DNA of 64,000 nt, taken from positions 124,001 through 188,000 of the IMG/VR virus record IMGVR_UViG_3300042402_002641, one strand, 5' to 3'. The position numbers and the translations under genes are program-made. Under the pieces are notes generated by a model. The model made no database searches and had not been told where the DNA came from. It was given only the letters and a program-made list of their open reading frames with translations. Below, piece after piece: positions 28,271 through 38,400 of the stretch (position 1 is the stretch's first letter; every line of letters starts with the position of its first letter).

Positions 28271-29046
28271 AGTTTTGGTTGCAGTGCTCTATATTGAAAA
28301 ATGTAACCTGTAAGGTCATTGCGTAAATTTTCTTCTAGTGATATTTCTAAAAACTTACATATTTCTGCTAACAAATAGTCAGCTGGATCGTTTATGTATT
28401 CATTATAAAAAATTTCTAGAATTCTTTTATCAAATTCGGGAGAGTTTTCAACAGTCTTATTCAATTTTGTAATAAATTTTGATGTCCATTCGAATTCGTC
28501 AAAATGATCTTTTAAATTTTGTATTTTAACTTTGGCGTTTTTAATTTCTGTCTCAGATAACCCGTTGTCTCTGCAAAAAGTTTCGAAATTTATTTCTGTT
28601 GTTGACAAAATTTTGAACAAGTAGTTAAATCTGCAAAGTTTTTTTTGATCGTCTGTAATATTAATTTGTACACATTTTGAATTTGGAAAAGCTTCTAAAA
28701 ATATATTAATATTTCTACAATGAATTGATATTACCTGGGGTACTGAATCTTTGGCTAACGGTGAGATCAACAAATTATCACGAAGATATGCTAAACGTTG
28801 TTGTTGAGAAAAATTTTCGTAATTGTTATCTTCAATAATGTCGGTGCCTTCCTTGCTGCCTAGAAAATCTTTATAGAAATTGTTTATGTATTGTATGGCT
28901 CTATTGCTATGTCCGGATCCCCTGTTATCAAATTCAAATGATTCACTTTGATCATAGGCAAAATATATGAGAGAAGCTAAAAACCAGCCTCCGGCTCCGA
29001 TTGGATAATGAACAAACACTATAGGAGCATCTTTTAGATATTTCAT
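28267..29046 (-). CDS. Hypothetical protein, possible sulfotransferase-like fold
   Basis: VFVHYPIGAGGWFL Gly-loop near the N-terminus; TAAATA-N5-ATG gives the start at 29046. Confidence 0.5.
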   Translation of the reverse strand: MKYLKDAPIVFVHYPIGAGGWFLASLIYFAYDQSESFEFDNRGSGHSNRAIQYINNFYKDFLGSKEGTDIIEDNNYENFSQQQRLAYLRDNLLISPLAKDSVPQVISIHCRNINIFLEAFPNSKCVQINITDDQKKLCRFNYLFKILSTTEINFETFCRDNGLSETEIKNAKVKIQNLKDHFDEFEWTSKFITKLNKTVENSPEFDKRILEIFYNEYINDPADYLLAEICKFLEISLEENLRNDLTGYIFQYRALQPKL

Positions 29047-29051
29047 GCTTG

Positions 29052-29097
29052 TATTTACTTTCATAAATTAACCATGCAATTTTAAATTATGTAAATA
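29052..29097. promoter_or_regulatory. Back-to-back divergent TAAATA promoters
   Basis: GTATTTAC (29051-29058) and GTAAATAC (29091-29098); each TAAATA lies exactly 5 nt from its ATG (29046 minus, 29103 plus). Confidence 0.75.
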
Positions 29098-29102
29098 CTC
29101 GT

Positions 29103-29657
29103 ATGATCTCACACATACAGATTTATGAAAATGCAGTACCTGCAACGTTTTGTGAACATTTAATAGGTTTATTTGATAAAAATGCAAAAGACATCATACA
29201 TGCACCTGCTTGGATGGATCATATCGGTATGTATGCCACTCCAGCAAAATATCCAGGGCAGGCAATGTCGTATGATTGGAAAAATGAAGTCAAAATTTTA
29301 GATGGTATTCTAGCTCCGATTATTGAAGATTATCGGAATAGAGTAGATGTTCTAAGTATGCTTCCAAAGAAATGTGGCCAGGAAGCGTATAGAATTAAAC
29401 GTTACAGAAAAAACGAACAAGAATTCAGGCTTCACGTCGATTGTTCTACCTATACCAACAGCAGTAGATTTTTGGCTGTTTTAATTTATCTTAATGATTC
29501 GGAAGCGGGCACTGAATTTCCCTTACAGGACATATCTATAACTGCCAAGCAGGGCAGCATCGTGGTTTTTCCTCCTTGTTGGCCATGGCCGCATCGAGGA
29601 TTGCGCCCCTCAATCGCAGATAAGTTTATTGTAAGCACCTATTACACCTACATCTAA
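29103..29657 (+). CDS. 2OG-Fe(II) oxygenase, prolyl-4-hydroxylase-like
   Basis: LHVD...RFLAVLIYLND...GTEF...KQGSIVVFP..W.WPHRG. Confidence 0.88.
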   Translation: MISHIQIYENAVPATFCEHLIGLFDKNAKDIIHAPAWMDHIGMYATPAKYPGQAMSYDWKNEVKILDGILAPIIEDYRNRVDVLSMLPKKCGQEAYRIKRYRKNEQEFRLHVDCSTYTNSSRFLAVLIYLNDSEAGTEFPLQDISITAKQGSIVVFPPCWPWPHRGLRPSIADKFIVSTYYTYI

Positions 29658-29660
29658 TAT

Positions 29661-30284
29661 ATGAAACGAATACTTAATTTATTTTCAGTTCCGATATTAG
29701 AAACAATTATAACAGATGTTGACAATCTCAACAAGGATTTGATAAGTTCAATTGACGCACTGTTTGCGTTAGATGATTCAAAAAGAATTTTGAGTCACAT
29801 GTGGAAAAATAATTTACAAACCAATGTAAAAAGCGAACTAGGCTACAGTTCATTCAATCAACATGACATCCTACAGCGTACAGAGTTTGACAGTTTATTT
29901 AATTTACTTACTCCTACAATAAATGGTTTTTTCACACAATTAAATTTTCCTGGCACTTGGCAGTGGGAAAATGCTTGGTGCAATGTTTATCCGCTTGATG
30001 CTTACGTGCCGTTACACGATCATAGAGGTGTTCATTGGAGCGGAGTATACTACGTGCAGGCTGAAACCGCGTGTGGAGATCTTTTATTGGTAGATCCTAA
30101 AGAATATGCATTGGCGAATGAACCTGATAATACCTTATATCGTGGTAATAAGATAACCAATTTTGTTCCGCAGCCTGGAAAATTGATTATGTTTCCCGGA
30201 TATTTAAAACATGAGTCAGAACCTAATCAATCCGATAAGGATCGAATTATAATTAGTTTCAATATAAATTGCCATGCAGACTAA
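29661..30284 (+). CDS. 2OG-Fe(II) oxygenase (TIGR02466-like)
   Basis: AWCN...LHDH...WSGVYYV...DP...PGKLIMFPGYLKHES...RIIISFN. Confidence 0.88.
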   Translation: MKRILNLFSVPILETIITDVDNLNKDLISSIDALFALDDSKRILSHMWKNNLQTNVKSELGYSSFNQHDILQRTEFDSLFNLLTPTINGFFTQLNFPGTWQWENAWCNVYPLDAYVPLHDHRGVHWSGVYYVQAETACGDLLLVDPKEYALANEPDNTLYRGNKITNFVPQPGKLIMFPGYLKHESEPNQSDKDRIIISFNINCHAD

Positions 30285-30858
30285 CGACATACACTTCTTT
30301 ACTGACAATCCGTATCTCCTTGTCACTAAAATAAATATCGTAGAAACACAAAGAAGACGGATGATCGATTGTGTACTATCTCAAAAAGATATAGCCAAGT
30401 ATCACGGAGGTTACACTTTTGAAATTATGGATCCGTATAATGACTTTGCAGAATTGTATAATATCTTCGTAGAATTAGCAAGACAGGTCTTTGAGAATTT
30501 TAGATTTAGTGTAAAACAAAAGAATTGGTGTTGGGCAAATGTATATAACTCCAGTAACAACAAGACTAATATGCATAACCATGTCAATACTTCAACTATC
30601 AATGGTGTGTTTTATCTGCATGTTCCAACTTTACCCGACGGCGAAGGTGGTCTTCAAATTACTAACAACGGTGTTGTTGATACATTTTATCCCGAAACTG
30701 GTGACTTATTGATTATGCCGTCGTGGATGCTGCATCAACCATGTGATCATAGTTCGGAAGAATATCGTATTTCAATTAACATGGAAATTAACACAATAGA
30801 ATCTGTAGATAATTTATATCTGTTAGATAAAATTCATAAAAACTGTACTCATGCATGA
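30274..30858 (+). CDS. 2OG-Fe(II) oxygenase
   Basis: WAN...MHNH...INGVFYL...GDLLIMPSWMLHQP...RISIN. Confidence 0.82.
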   Translation: MQTNDIHFFTDNPYLLVTKINIVETQRRRMIDCVLSQKDIAKYHGGYTFEIMDPYNDFAELYNIFVELARQVFENFRFSVKQKNWCWANVYNSSNNKTNMHNHVNTSTINGVFYLHVPTLPDGEGGLQITNNGVVDTFYPETGDLLIMPSWMLHQPCDHSSEEYRISINMEINTIESVDNLYLLDKIHKNCTHA

Positions 30859-31342
30859 TTCCTACAGTGTAATTTCAAAATCCTTTTTGACCTCGGATCA
30901 GTGTGACGAAATTATTGCTAACCATGATTGCAATTTAGAGCATGTAGAACAATCAATAAACCGCAAAGTTAATATTAAAGAAATTGATTTGTGTAGTGTT
31001 CCCAATCTAGTTGAGTTACTCAATGATGCCAACAATAAAATATTTCGCATGGACACCAATGGAGAAACTGAATGTTATTTTGCTCGGTATGATCCTGGCA
31101 ATCACTATGATAAATTGCACATTGATAGTCTGTCTGCAGAAATTACAAGAAAAATTTCCTTTAGTATCTTTCTAAATGATGATTTTGAAGGCGGTAATTT
31201 TGAAATGCTAGGTGAAAGTCTTGATATAAGAAAAGGAAAACTTTGTGTTTTCCCTTCCTTTTTACCTCACAGGGTAACCGCAGTTACTGCCGGCACCAGG
31301 TACGTTATTTTTGGATTCTTGTTAGGCCCCAGACTGAAATAA
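30851..31342 (+). CDS. 2OG-Fe(II) oxygenase (PKHD/P4H-like)
   Basis: LHID...RKISFSIFLNDDFEGGNFE...FPSFLPHRVTAVTAGTRY. Confidence 0.88.
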   Translation: MHDSYSVISKSFLTSDQCDEIIANHDCNLEHVEQSINRKVNIKEIDLCSVPNLVELLNDANNKIFRMDTNGETECYFARYDPGNHYDKLHIDSLSAEITRKISFSIFLNDDFEGGNFEMLGESLDIRKGKLCVFPSFLPHRVTAVTAGTRYVIFGFLLGPRLK

Positions 31343-31822
31343 CGGTGTAAAGAATGCTGTTCTAACTATCGCTTCCTCTCCCTCGAGTGTTTTAGTACTA
31401 CTACCACCAGGTCCTGTTGCTTTTAGACTCACATCAAGGGCTAGATCAGTTTGCCCTTTCTCGAGATTCAACACCACTTCTTCAGTAGTGTGTTTAACAC
31501 CATCAACAGTCCATTCGACACTCGTTACTGTTCCGGATATTCTCGATGTCAAAGTAATTTGATCGTGAGTTCTTGTTTGCTTGTGATCAATGTCTATATT
31601 TACAGAAGGTGGCCCTTCTGTTGGAATTGGATTCTCAGCCGCATGCTCTGTAGCCCATTGTCCTCCAGAGATCCATGTACCGTTTTTTAGTTTCCATCCT
31701 ACATGCACTCCTTCGTTGGGAATATCCATCCATTCAGCCAAAAGATCTGGATGGAACCTAGTTGCAGGATCATCATCACATATTTCAACTATTTCATTGT
31801 TTACAACTCTTGCCCATGTCAT
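31322..31822 (-). CDS. Hypothetical protein with possible C-terminal PKD/Ig-like domain
   Basis: SVEWTVDG...V.L.ATGPGGS.TKT is PKD-like; follows the Cys-rich pair. Confidence 0.6.
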   Translation of the reverse strand: MTWARVVNNEIVEICDDDPATRFHPDLLAEWMDIPNEGVHVGWKLKNGTWISGGQWATEHAAENPIPTEGPPSVNIDIDHKQTRTHDQITLTSRISGTVTSVEWTVDGVKHTTEEVVLNLEKGQTDLALDVSLKATGPGGSSTKTLEGEEAIVRTAFFTPLFQSGA

Positions 31823-31837
31823 AATATTTTCCTTTTA

Positions 31838-33496
31838 TTAAGCGTCTTTCCAGTATAAAATTGCCATCCCAGTCCCAGCTGGACTAGCTAGATAATCCAG
31901 TATGCATGGTGGAAATGCCAGTGCTGGGTTAGCTGTTGATCCGTTACAGCAGTCAAATGCTCCGCCATAGCAGATGCACAAAATATAGCTTCTATTTATT
32001 CCCGATCCGCCACCTTTACCAGCTTTTGACGATAGATGGCAAACTCCAACACCGCCTGCACCCCCTAGTGTTCCTGCACAGCTGATAATGAATGGAAATA
32101 ATGCATCCATCATTCTTTCTGCACAACAGACTTTGTTGGTGGTTCCTAGACAGCATACCAGTTCCCAATTTATGCTACCACATGCATTTGTTGCAGAACC
32201 CGCTACGCAACACTGCATGCCATAACTGCATAAATCGCAACAGTTAAACACAACACCACCAGTGCCTGCACCTTCGCCTGCGATTCTAGATGGTTTGTGG
32301 TTGTATGGATTAGCTGTAGCCCATCCACAAGAACCCCAATCATTGTTACCTACGTTAATATTTCTTCCTGCTGATCCACTACCAGCCATGTCGTGTATGT
32401 CGTGCCATGGATAGAATTTAGGGCTTAGTCCGGGTTCAGTAATACATGATCTAGGATGAATTGTTGATCCCCAAGGACTGTGATGTTGATAACCCCATAT
32501 CCAATAATCTTCTCGTCCTTCATTGTTCATCTTGCCGCCCCATCCTCCGGGGCCAGAACGATAACGTCCTGATTCGCAGCAGCCTTCGTAGTTCTGGCAG
32601 GTGCAGTATTCAATACACTGCCATTTAGAGCCGCCGCCGCCGCCGGCGTGTGCAGGATAAGATGATCTTGGAACCACAGATCCCGCATAATTACAGTTAC
32701 CCTTTACACATATACAGGCACAGATTGGATCTCTCACAGCGCAGCGGTTTATGTATCCGATTCCGCCACCACCTCCTGCTGAAGGTCCGTATCCTTGTCC
32801 GTAATTGTCCATGTTGTTGAAAGCGCATTGGCCAGCACCTCCAGTGGACCAAATCCATGATCCTGCACTGCCGCCGCCAGCATATCTAGCAACACAACAA
32901 ACACCAGAATCGTGTGCTGGGTCAAGCTGTCTTGCGCTAATTCCGCTCCATACCACACAATATCCGCAACAATTCTGTGCATAGGTGTAGATGCAGGCTC
33001 CGCAATAATGGCTGGCTCCGCCACCACAGTAATTTCTATTGTAACCGCCAGCACCGCCAGTGCTGTTCCAATCTCCGCCACTGGCACTACCGCCTGTACA
33101 GGCCGCTGCGCCGCCTCCTGTTACTAGAATGCCGCCTGGGGTATATGTTACTGCAGTATTTCCTTCTTGTCTTCCGACTGTGATTTGAACTGAATTGCCC
33201 GGAACCACGGTAAAATATTTTTCGGCATACCCACCTCCGCCACCTGCGGTGCCGCAACATTGAGGATTACAGGGTTTTGTTTTGCCGCCACCACCGACTG
33301 CGATGGCTCTCATACAGGTAACACCAGTCGGCACTGTAAATGTGTATGAGCCAGGTGTGTCAATTACTACTTTATTCTGCCAACATTCGTTGGCATCATA
33401 ACTGTATCTGTGAGTGCTTACATTATAACAAGTAGTCGCTACATTTGCTATGCAAGTACTTGGTTGTGATGCACCGGTGCTTATATAACGTCCCAT
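31838..33496 (-). CDS. Gly/Cys-rich putative fibre-tip adhesin, paralog A
   Basis: 552 aa, about 46 Cys by manual count, many GGxG motifs; DTPGSYTFTVP and AI.YW ends typical of glycine-rich tail domains. Confidence 0.7.
   Translation of the reverse strand: MGRYISTGASQPSTCIANVATTCYNVSTHRYSYDANECWQNKVVIDTPGSYTFTVPTGVTCMRAIAVGGGGKTKPCNPQCCGTAGGGGGYAEKYFTVVPGNSVQITVGRQEGNTAVTYTPGGILVTGGGAAACTGGSASGGDWNSTGGAGGYNRNYCGGGASHYCGACIYTYAQNCCGYCVVWSGISARQLDPAHDSGVCCVARYAGGGSAGSWIWSTGGAGQCAFNNMDNYGQGYGPSAGGGGGIGYINRCAVRDPICACICVKGNCNYAGSVVPRSSYPAHAGGGGGSKWQCIEYCTCQNYEGCCESGRYRSGPGGWGGKMNNEGREDYWIWGYQHHSPWGSTIHPRSCITEPGLSPKFYPWHDIHDMAGSGSAGRNINVGNNDWGSCGWATANPYNHKPSRIAGEGAGTGGVVFNCCDLCSYGMQCCVAGSATNACGSINWELVCCLGTTNKVCCAERMMDALFPFIISCAGTLGGAGGVGVCHLSSKAGKGGGSGINRSYILCICYGGAFDCCNGSTANPALAFPPCILDYLASPAGTGMAILYWKDA
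31895..31983. repeat. 89-bp perfect direct repeat, copy 1
   Basis: Base-by-base identical to 33556-33644. Confidence 0.97.
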
Positions 33497-33498
33497 GC

Positions 33499-35091
33499 TT
33501 AATAGTCCCTGTAATAAATTATTGCATAGCCTGAACCAGCATTACTGACCAAATTATCCAGTATGCATGGTGGAAATGCCAGTGCTGGGTTAGCTGTTGA
33601 TCCGTTACAGCAGTCAAATGCTCCGCCATAGCAGATGCACAAAAACTGACATTTAGCTTCGCCGCCACCACCACCGTAGCCTGCTTTTGAAGTCATGGAA
33701 CAAATTCCTACTCCTCCTGATCCGCCCAGTATTCCTGCGCATGTTATAAAGTTAGGAAACAAAGAATCTACCATTTTATAGGCCTGATCGGTCTGACCGC
33801 AAAGGCCAAGTTGACATATTTTCAGCCAATTTATTAGAGGGCCACCTGAATTATTGTTGGCTCCCATGCCCCATCCTTGCTGTTGTGCATCACAACAATA
33901 GTGCATGATGCCTCCAGTGCCCGACCCTTCTCCTGCATTCGCTGGACGAATACCCCATGATGTACCCATACAACTAAAACGCTGATGCCATTCAGCCACG
34001 TGGCCGGGTGATCCAGACCCTTTGATCTCTTGTATATCCCACCATGGTTCTCTAACTGGATCGCTGTATCCGCAGCGCACCTTCCATTGTGAGCAACAAC
34101 GAACTCCAAATGGCCAAGCGCAGTAGGCGCTCCAGCCCCATTCAAAGGTCCATCCTTCACTTTCATTTTGATCTGAACCGCCTGGACCTCCTGCGCCTCC
34201 AAGCCAAATACCGTTGATACATTGTCCTTGCCATGAACGGCAGCAGGCCGAAGGATTTATCTGTGTTCCGCCGCCGCCTTGGGCAGAACCTGGATGTGGC
34301 AAGCGAGGATGATCATGATCACTGTGCCCGTTGTTGTTGAATATGCAATTGCAGGTGCAACAATTGTAATGCCAATAAGTCGGCGCTTGGCCGCCGATAC
34401 CAGCGCCACCCGCAGCCACTCCAGAATGCAGATATCCGCAGACACAGCTGGCCGAACCACCACAAATATTCACTGGGCTTCCTGCACTGCCGCCACCGTT
34501 AACTATGGTATTACAGCAATCTGTGCCACCGTTTGAACTGTTCAAACATGTATAAACAACACAATATCCGCAACAGCTGGCAAAACAAAGATACTTGCAG
34601 CTGCCACACCAGTGGCTGACTGAGCCGGCGCATTGATTACAACCCCAGCCTCCGTATCCTCCCCTACTGTTCCAATCGCCTCCACTTCCGACTCCAGGAA
34701 TACACCCACTTGCTCCAGTAGCCGAATGAACTGCAACTGCGTTACAGGTTATGCTAGATGTTCCTTCTTGTCTACCAACGGTTATACCTATTGTAGCGCC
34801 AGGTGTCACGGTGAAGTATTTTTCACTTAGACCTCCGCCTGATCCTGCTGCAGAACAACAGGCGCCTATTGATATACATTTAGGTTTTCCGCCGCCGCCG
34901 ATCACTATTGTTCGAGCACAAACTATGCCTGAAGGAACGGTAAAGGTATATGTTCCTGGACGATCGTAGACCACCTTGTATGGCCAACACTGTTTTCCGT
35001 CATAGTATCCTTTTCCCCCTGTGACCTTAAAGGCAGAGGTTTTTTCTAAAACAGGATTTTCTGTTACTACTATTGGTACAAAACGTCCCAT
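33499..35091 (-). CDS. Gly/Cys-rich putative fibre-tip adhesin, paralog B
   Basis: 530 aa, about 45 Cys, collinear with paralog A. Confidence 0.7.
   Translation of the reverse strand: MGRFVPIVVTENPVLEKTSAFKVTGGKGYYDGKQCWPYKVVYDRPGTYTFTVPSGIVCARTIVIGGGGKPKCISIGACCSAAGSGGGLSEKYFTVTPGATIGITVGRQEGTSSITCNAVAVHSATGASGCIPGVGSGGDWNSRGGYGGWGCNQCAGSVSHWCGSCKYLCFASCCGYCVVYTCLNSSNGGTDCCNTIVNGGGSAGSPVNICGGSASCVCGYLHSGVAAGGAGIGGQAPTYWHYNCCTCNCIFNNNGHSDHDHPRLPHPGSAQGGGGTQINPSACCRSWQGQCINGIWLGGAGGPGGSDQNESEGWTFEWGWSAYCAWPFGVRCCSQWKVRCGYSDPVREPWWDIQEIKGSGSPGHVAEWHQRFSCMGTSWGIRPANAGEGSGTGGIMHYCCDAQQQGWGMGANNNSGGPLINWLKICQLGLCGQTDQAYKMVDSLFPNFITCAGILGGSGGVGICSMTSKAGYGGGGGEAKCQFLCICYGGAFDCCNGSTANPALAFPPCILDNLVSNAGSGYAIIYYRDY
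33556..33644. repeat. 89-bp perfect direct repeat, copy 2
   Basis: Identical to 31895-31983; encodes (L)CICYGGAFDCCNGSTANPALAFPPCILD. Confidence 0.97.
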
Positions 35092-35103
35092 ATTATTATC
35101 CTA

Positions 35104-35427
35104 TCATGCTGTAGATGTTTCAATGCCATATGCTATGGCATTAACTGATGTTGCGCTGGAATAAACTACTAACAATTTGCCCGCTTGCATCACTATTCCT
35201 GTTCTTTCAAGCACAGAATTTGCTCCTAAAGAAACTCCGTATTCTAAATATTCTGCGTTTGTAGGCGTCGAAGCAGACGCCACTGCAAGTCTCACTGTTA
35301 CTGCCGTTGCACCTCGATTTACAATAGAGACTGTGACTACTGCGAATGTTGTTGCAGGAACAGTATAGATTGTAGTATTAGTAGTTGCGGCTAAGTCCGA
35401 GGGTGTTCCTAAGATACCTGTTGCCAT
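35104..35427 (-). CDS. Small beta-rich virion protein
   Basis: 107 aa, AGGAG SD; similar pattern to 48878-49210 and 52098-52499. Confidence 0.7.
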   Translation of the reverse strand: MATGILGTPSDLAATTNTTIYTVPATTFAVVTVSIVNRGATAVTVRLAVASASTPTNAEYLEYGVSLGANSVLERTGIVMQAGKLLVVYSSATSVNAIAYGIETSTA

Positions 35428-35448
35428 AATTTATTCTCCATGATATAT

Positions 35449-38400
35449 TTAGTTCAAAAAGTAATTGAATGCCAAAGGAAGGCCAGTTACGCCGCCTCTA
35501 AACTCAAAAGTCGCTAACATTTGGATAGCAGCACCTGTAGTCGTTGTAATCTGATTGCTATTAATTACAATAGAACCAGCAGTTACTTGGTTTACGTTTA
35601 GACTTGCGCCTCCGCCACCAATTTGACTGGCAATAAATGCTTTTATCGCTTTCTGTGTGGGCACTACATTGTCTGAATCAGCAGTAAAAAACGGATCGGT
35701 AGAGAATTCGTTAATTGTAGCTGAAGATCCGCCTAATGTAACATTTCCTAGATTAAGTTCCTGAAGTCCGGAAATATTAAATGCATCTGCATTCAATGTT
35801 GCAATACCTGTGCTCTGCTCAATGTTGAACAGGTCTCCTACTCGGAAATTGCCGTCTTGGTCAGTTGATGTAAAGAATACTCGTCCTCCATTACCGTCTA
35901 CAGTTTCGTTAGCGGGTATTGCTTCCTGTAATGGCGTGCCAGGATAGTTTGTTTCTACAAAATTTCCTGTGCCTATACTTAAAAAATCGTGTCCTGTAAG
36001 TCTGACCTGACTATAACGTAGTCTAGTGGACACTGTTACTGCATCTTGCGGTGCCTCTGATATTGTCAACACTGGGCTAATTTGCAGAAATGCTGTATGA
36101 GATCCTGGGTTTTGTCCTAAAAATGTGATCACATTTACCAATTTGAATGTTCTGTCTGGCAGATGCCCAAACACAACATTGGCGCCTGGAGTGGGTCTTG
36201 CTGTAAGCTGTCTTACTGCTACAAAACCGCCAGATTGAAATAAATTTGAATATCCATCTCCTGCAGTGACTTCTGCACCGCTGGTGACATATGTAGCACC
36301 TCTATCTACAAAACTTGGATTTGCTAGCACTCCTGATCCTAGTCTTACAGATACTGGTGCTTCAAAGGTGTTGTTAGGATCAGTAAATGTTATAGACGGT
36401 TCGGTGGTATAACCAGATCCAGGCTCTGTGATATTGATCTGGAATATCTTGTTTGATGCTACCAACGCACGAGCTCTAGCAGTGGCTCCGGTTCTAATGT
36501 ATGTGGCCACTTGACCTGTGCTAGCGCCAACACCTACAAATTGACCATAACGATCTCTGTTACCAAAAGTGATAGCTGAGAATCCGCTGGCCGCTGCACT
36601 GGTCGTTCTTGTGGTCCATGTTACGCCGTCTGGAGAAGTTGCTGCTGCTGTGGTTGTACTTACAGCAAGGAATACTCCTTGACCGTATGTGACCTTGGTC
36701 CATTGTGCTGTTGCTGGCAGTGTGCTGGCAGTCCAAGTAATACCATCTAGACTGTAAGCAGCTATAGTGCCGCTGGTGTTGGAAACAGCAACAAACCTAT
36801 TATTACCGTAGGCTATGCTGTTCCAGTTTGAGCTAGAAGGCAATGTGCTTGCAGTCCAGGTTCCTGTAACACCTGTTGTGGTCGCATAGTTTGTGACATT
36901 GGTTCCGCTTTTAATGGCTACAAATCTGTTTTTACCGTATGCAATAGCTGTGAAACCAGTGGTGGTCAGTGTACCTGTTTGATCCCAATTTTCGCCATCG
37001 TTGCTGATTCTCACTGTAGTGACATCGCTGCTGATTGCTACAAATTTCTGTGAGTTAAACCCTCCAAATACCACATCGACCCATGTAGCAGAAGTTCCCA
37101 TATTAGCTGCTGTCCATGTGATACCATCTTCGCTGTATGCGGCTGTGGTGTTAGCGGCAACACCAGCTACTGCTACAAATTTGCTGACTTTGCCTACTGT
37201 GGACCCATCGTCGAATAGGCCAGCGGTCATCGCTGACCAGTCAGCAGCACTAGGCATCAGACTAGGTCTTGTAGTCCAGCTAACTCCATCTTCGGAGGTC
37301 GCGCCCACTGTAGATCCTTGACGCAGAGCCACATATCTGCCGCCGATACCGTAACCGCTGTGATCAAAATCTATAATAGCACCAGTCGCAGCATTGACCG
37401 CTGTGATGGTTATCACTAGGTCGTTGGCTGTGCTTAATCCGCCTAAACTAGTACCTAGTATGGTTATGGTCTGTAATCTCACATAACCTGTGCCAGCTGT
37501 CTGTAAAGAAGGTGTGTATTTCCATCCGTTGCGTATCACGGTAAAGTTTGCCCCAACACCGGCACCGCTGTAGGTGCCTGTTAATGATGTGTATACCGCA
37601 GCAGTTTCACCGTATTTCACTGCACTCCAGGTGCCTGAAGTTGGTAGTGTAGCTGCTGTGGATGTATAACCAGGTGCTGAGAATGTTACTCTAGGTTCAA
37701 TGATATAGGTGGTCGAAGCATCTGGAGCTACAATGGCTGTGCCTGCAACAAGATGATCAAAACCTGTTGTACCATCAGATTCTTTTATTAATCCTGCTAT
37801 CTTGGTACCTGAATTGTATGTGTTGATGATACCAAACTGTCCAACACCTGCACCACCGGTTAACACTAGTTTCATGCCTATATAAGCAGTGCTAGATTCC
37901 CCGTCTGTGGCAGCAATAGTCACTGAATTTGATGTTCCGCCCTGCGCAGTATTGGAATTAGTAATATATCCGAATCCGCCAAAATTGCCCACAGATTCTG
38001 GAGCATTCGTGCTATCGTCAACAAGATCTAACAAACGAGCTTCAAACACAGCATCATCACGGAATTCATCTGCTTGTACAGAACCTCCTGTACCGCCACC
38101 TGTTATCACATAAGATACTTCGGTGTAGTCAATACCAGCATTTAGAAATTCAAACTGAGTCAATGCAGATCCGTCAGTAACAATGTTATCGATCACAGCC
38201 TTAAATTTAAGACGATTATCAACTACTCCGGTATCTGGAGTTTCTGTAGGGTCAACTCCTTCTGCTACAGCCCCAAAATCTCCGTATGAGCAGTTGCCGT
38301 TGGTTCCACGAATTCTACCACCGTTTTCCGCTAGGTAGCCCACGTGAGCATAATATGTAAACACAGAAACTAGCTCAGCACGGCCGTTGTTAGTGATCCA

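Noticed and set aside
31895-33644. DGR template/variable repeat pair
   Set aside because: Copies are identical with no adenine-specific mismatches, both lie in coding genes, and no reverse transcriptase is in the window, despite the Mtd_N-like domain at 17270
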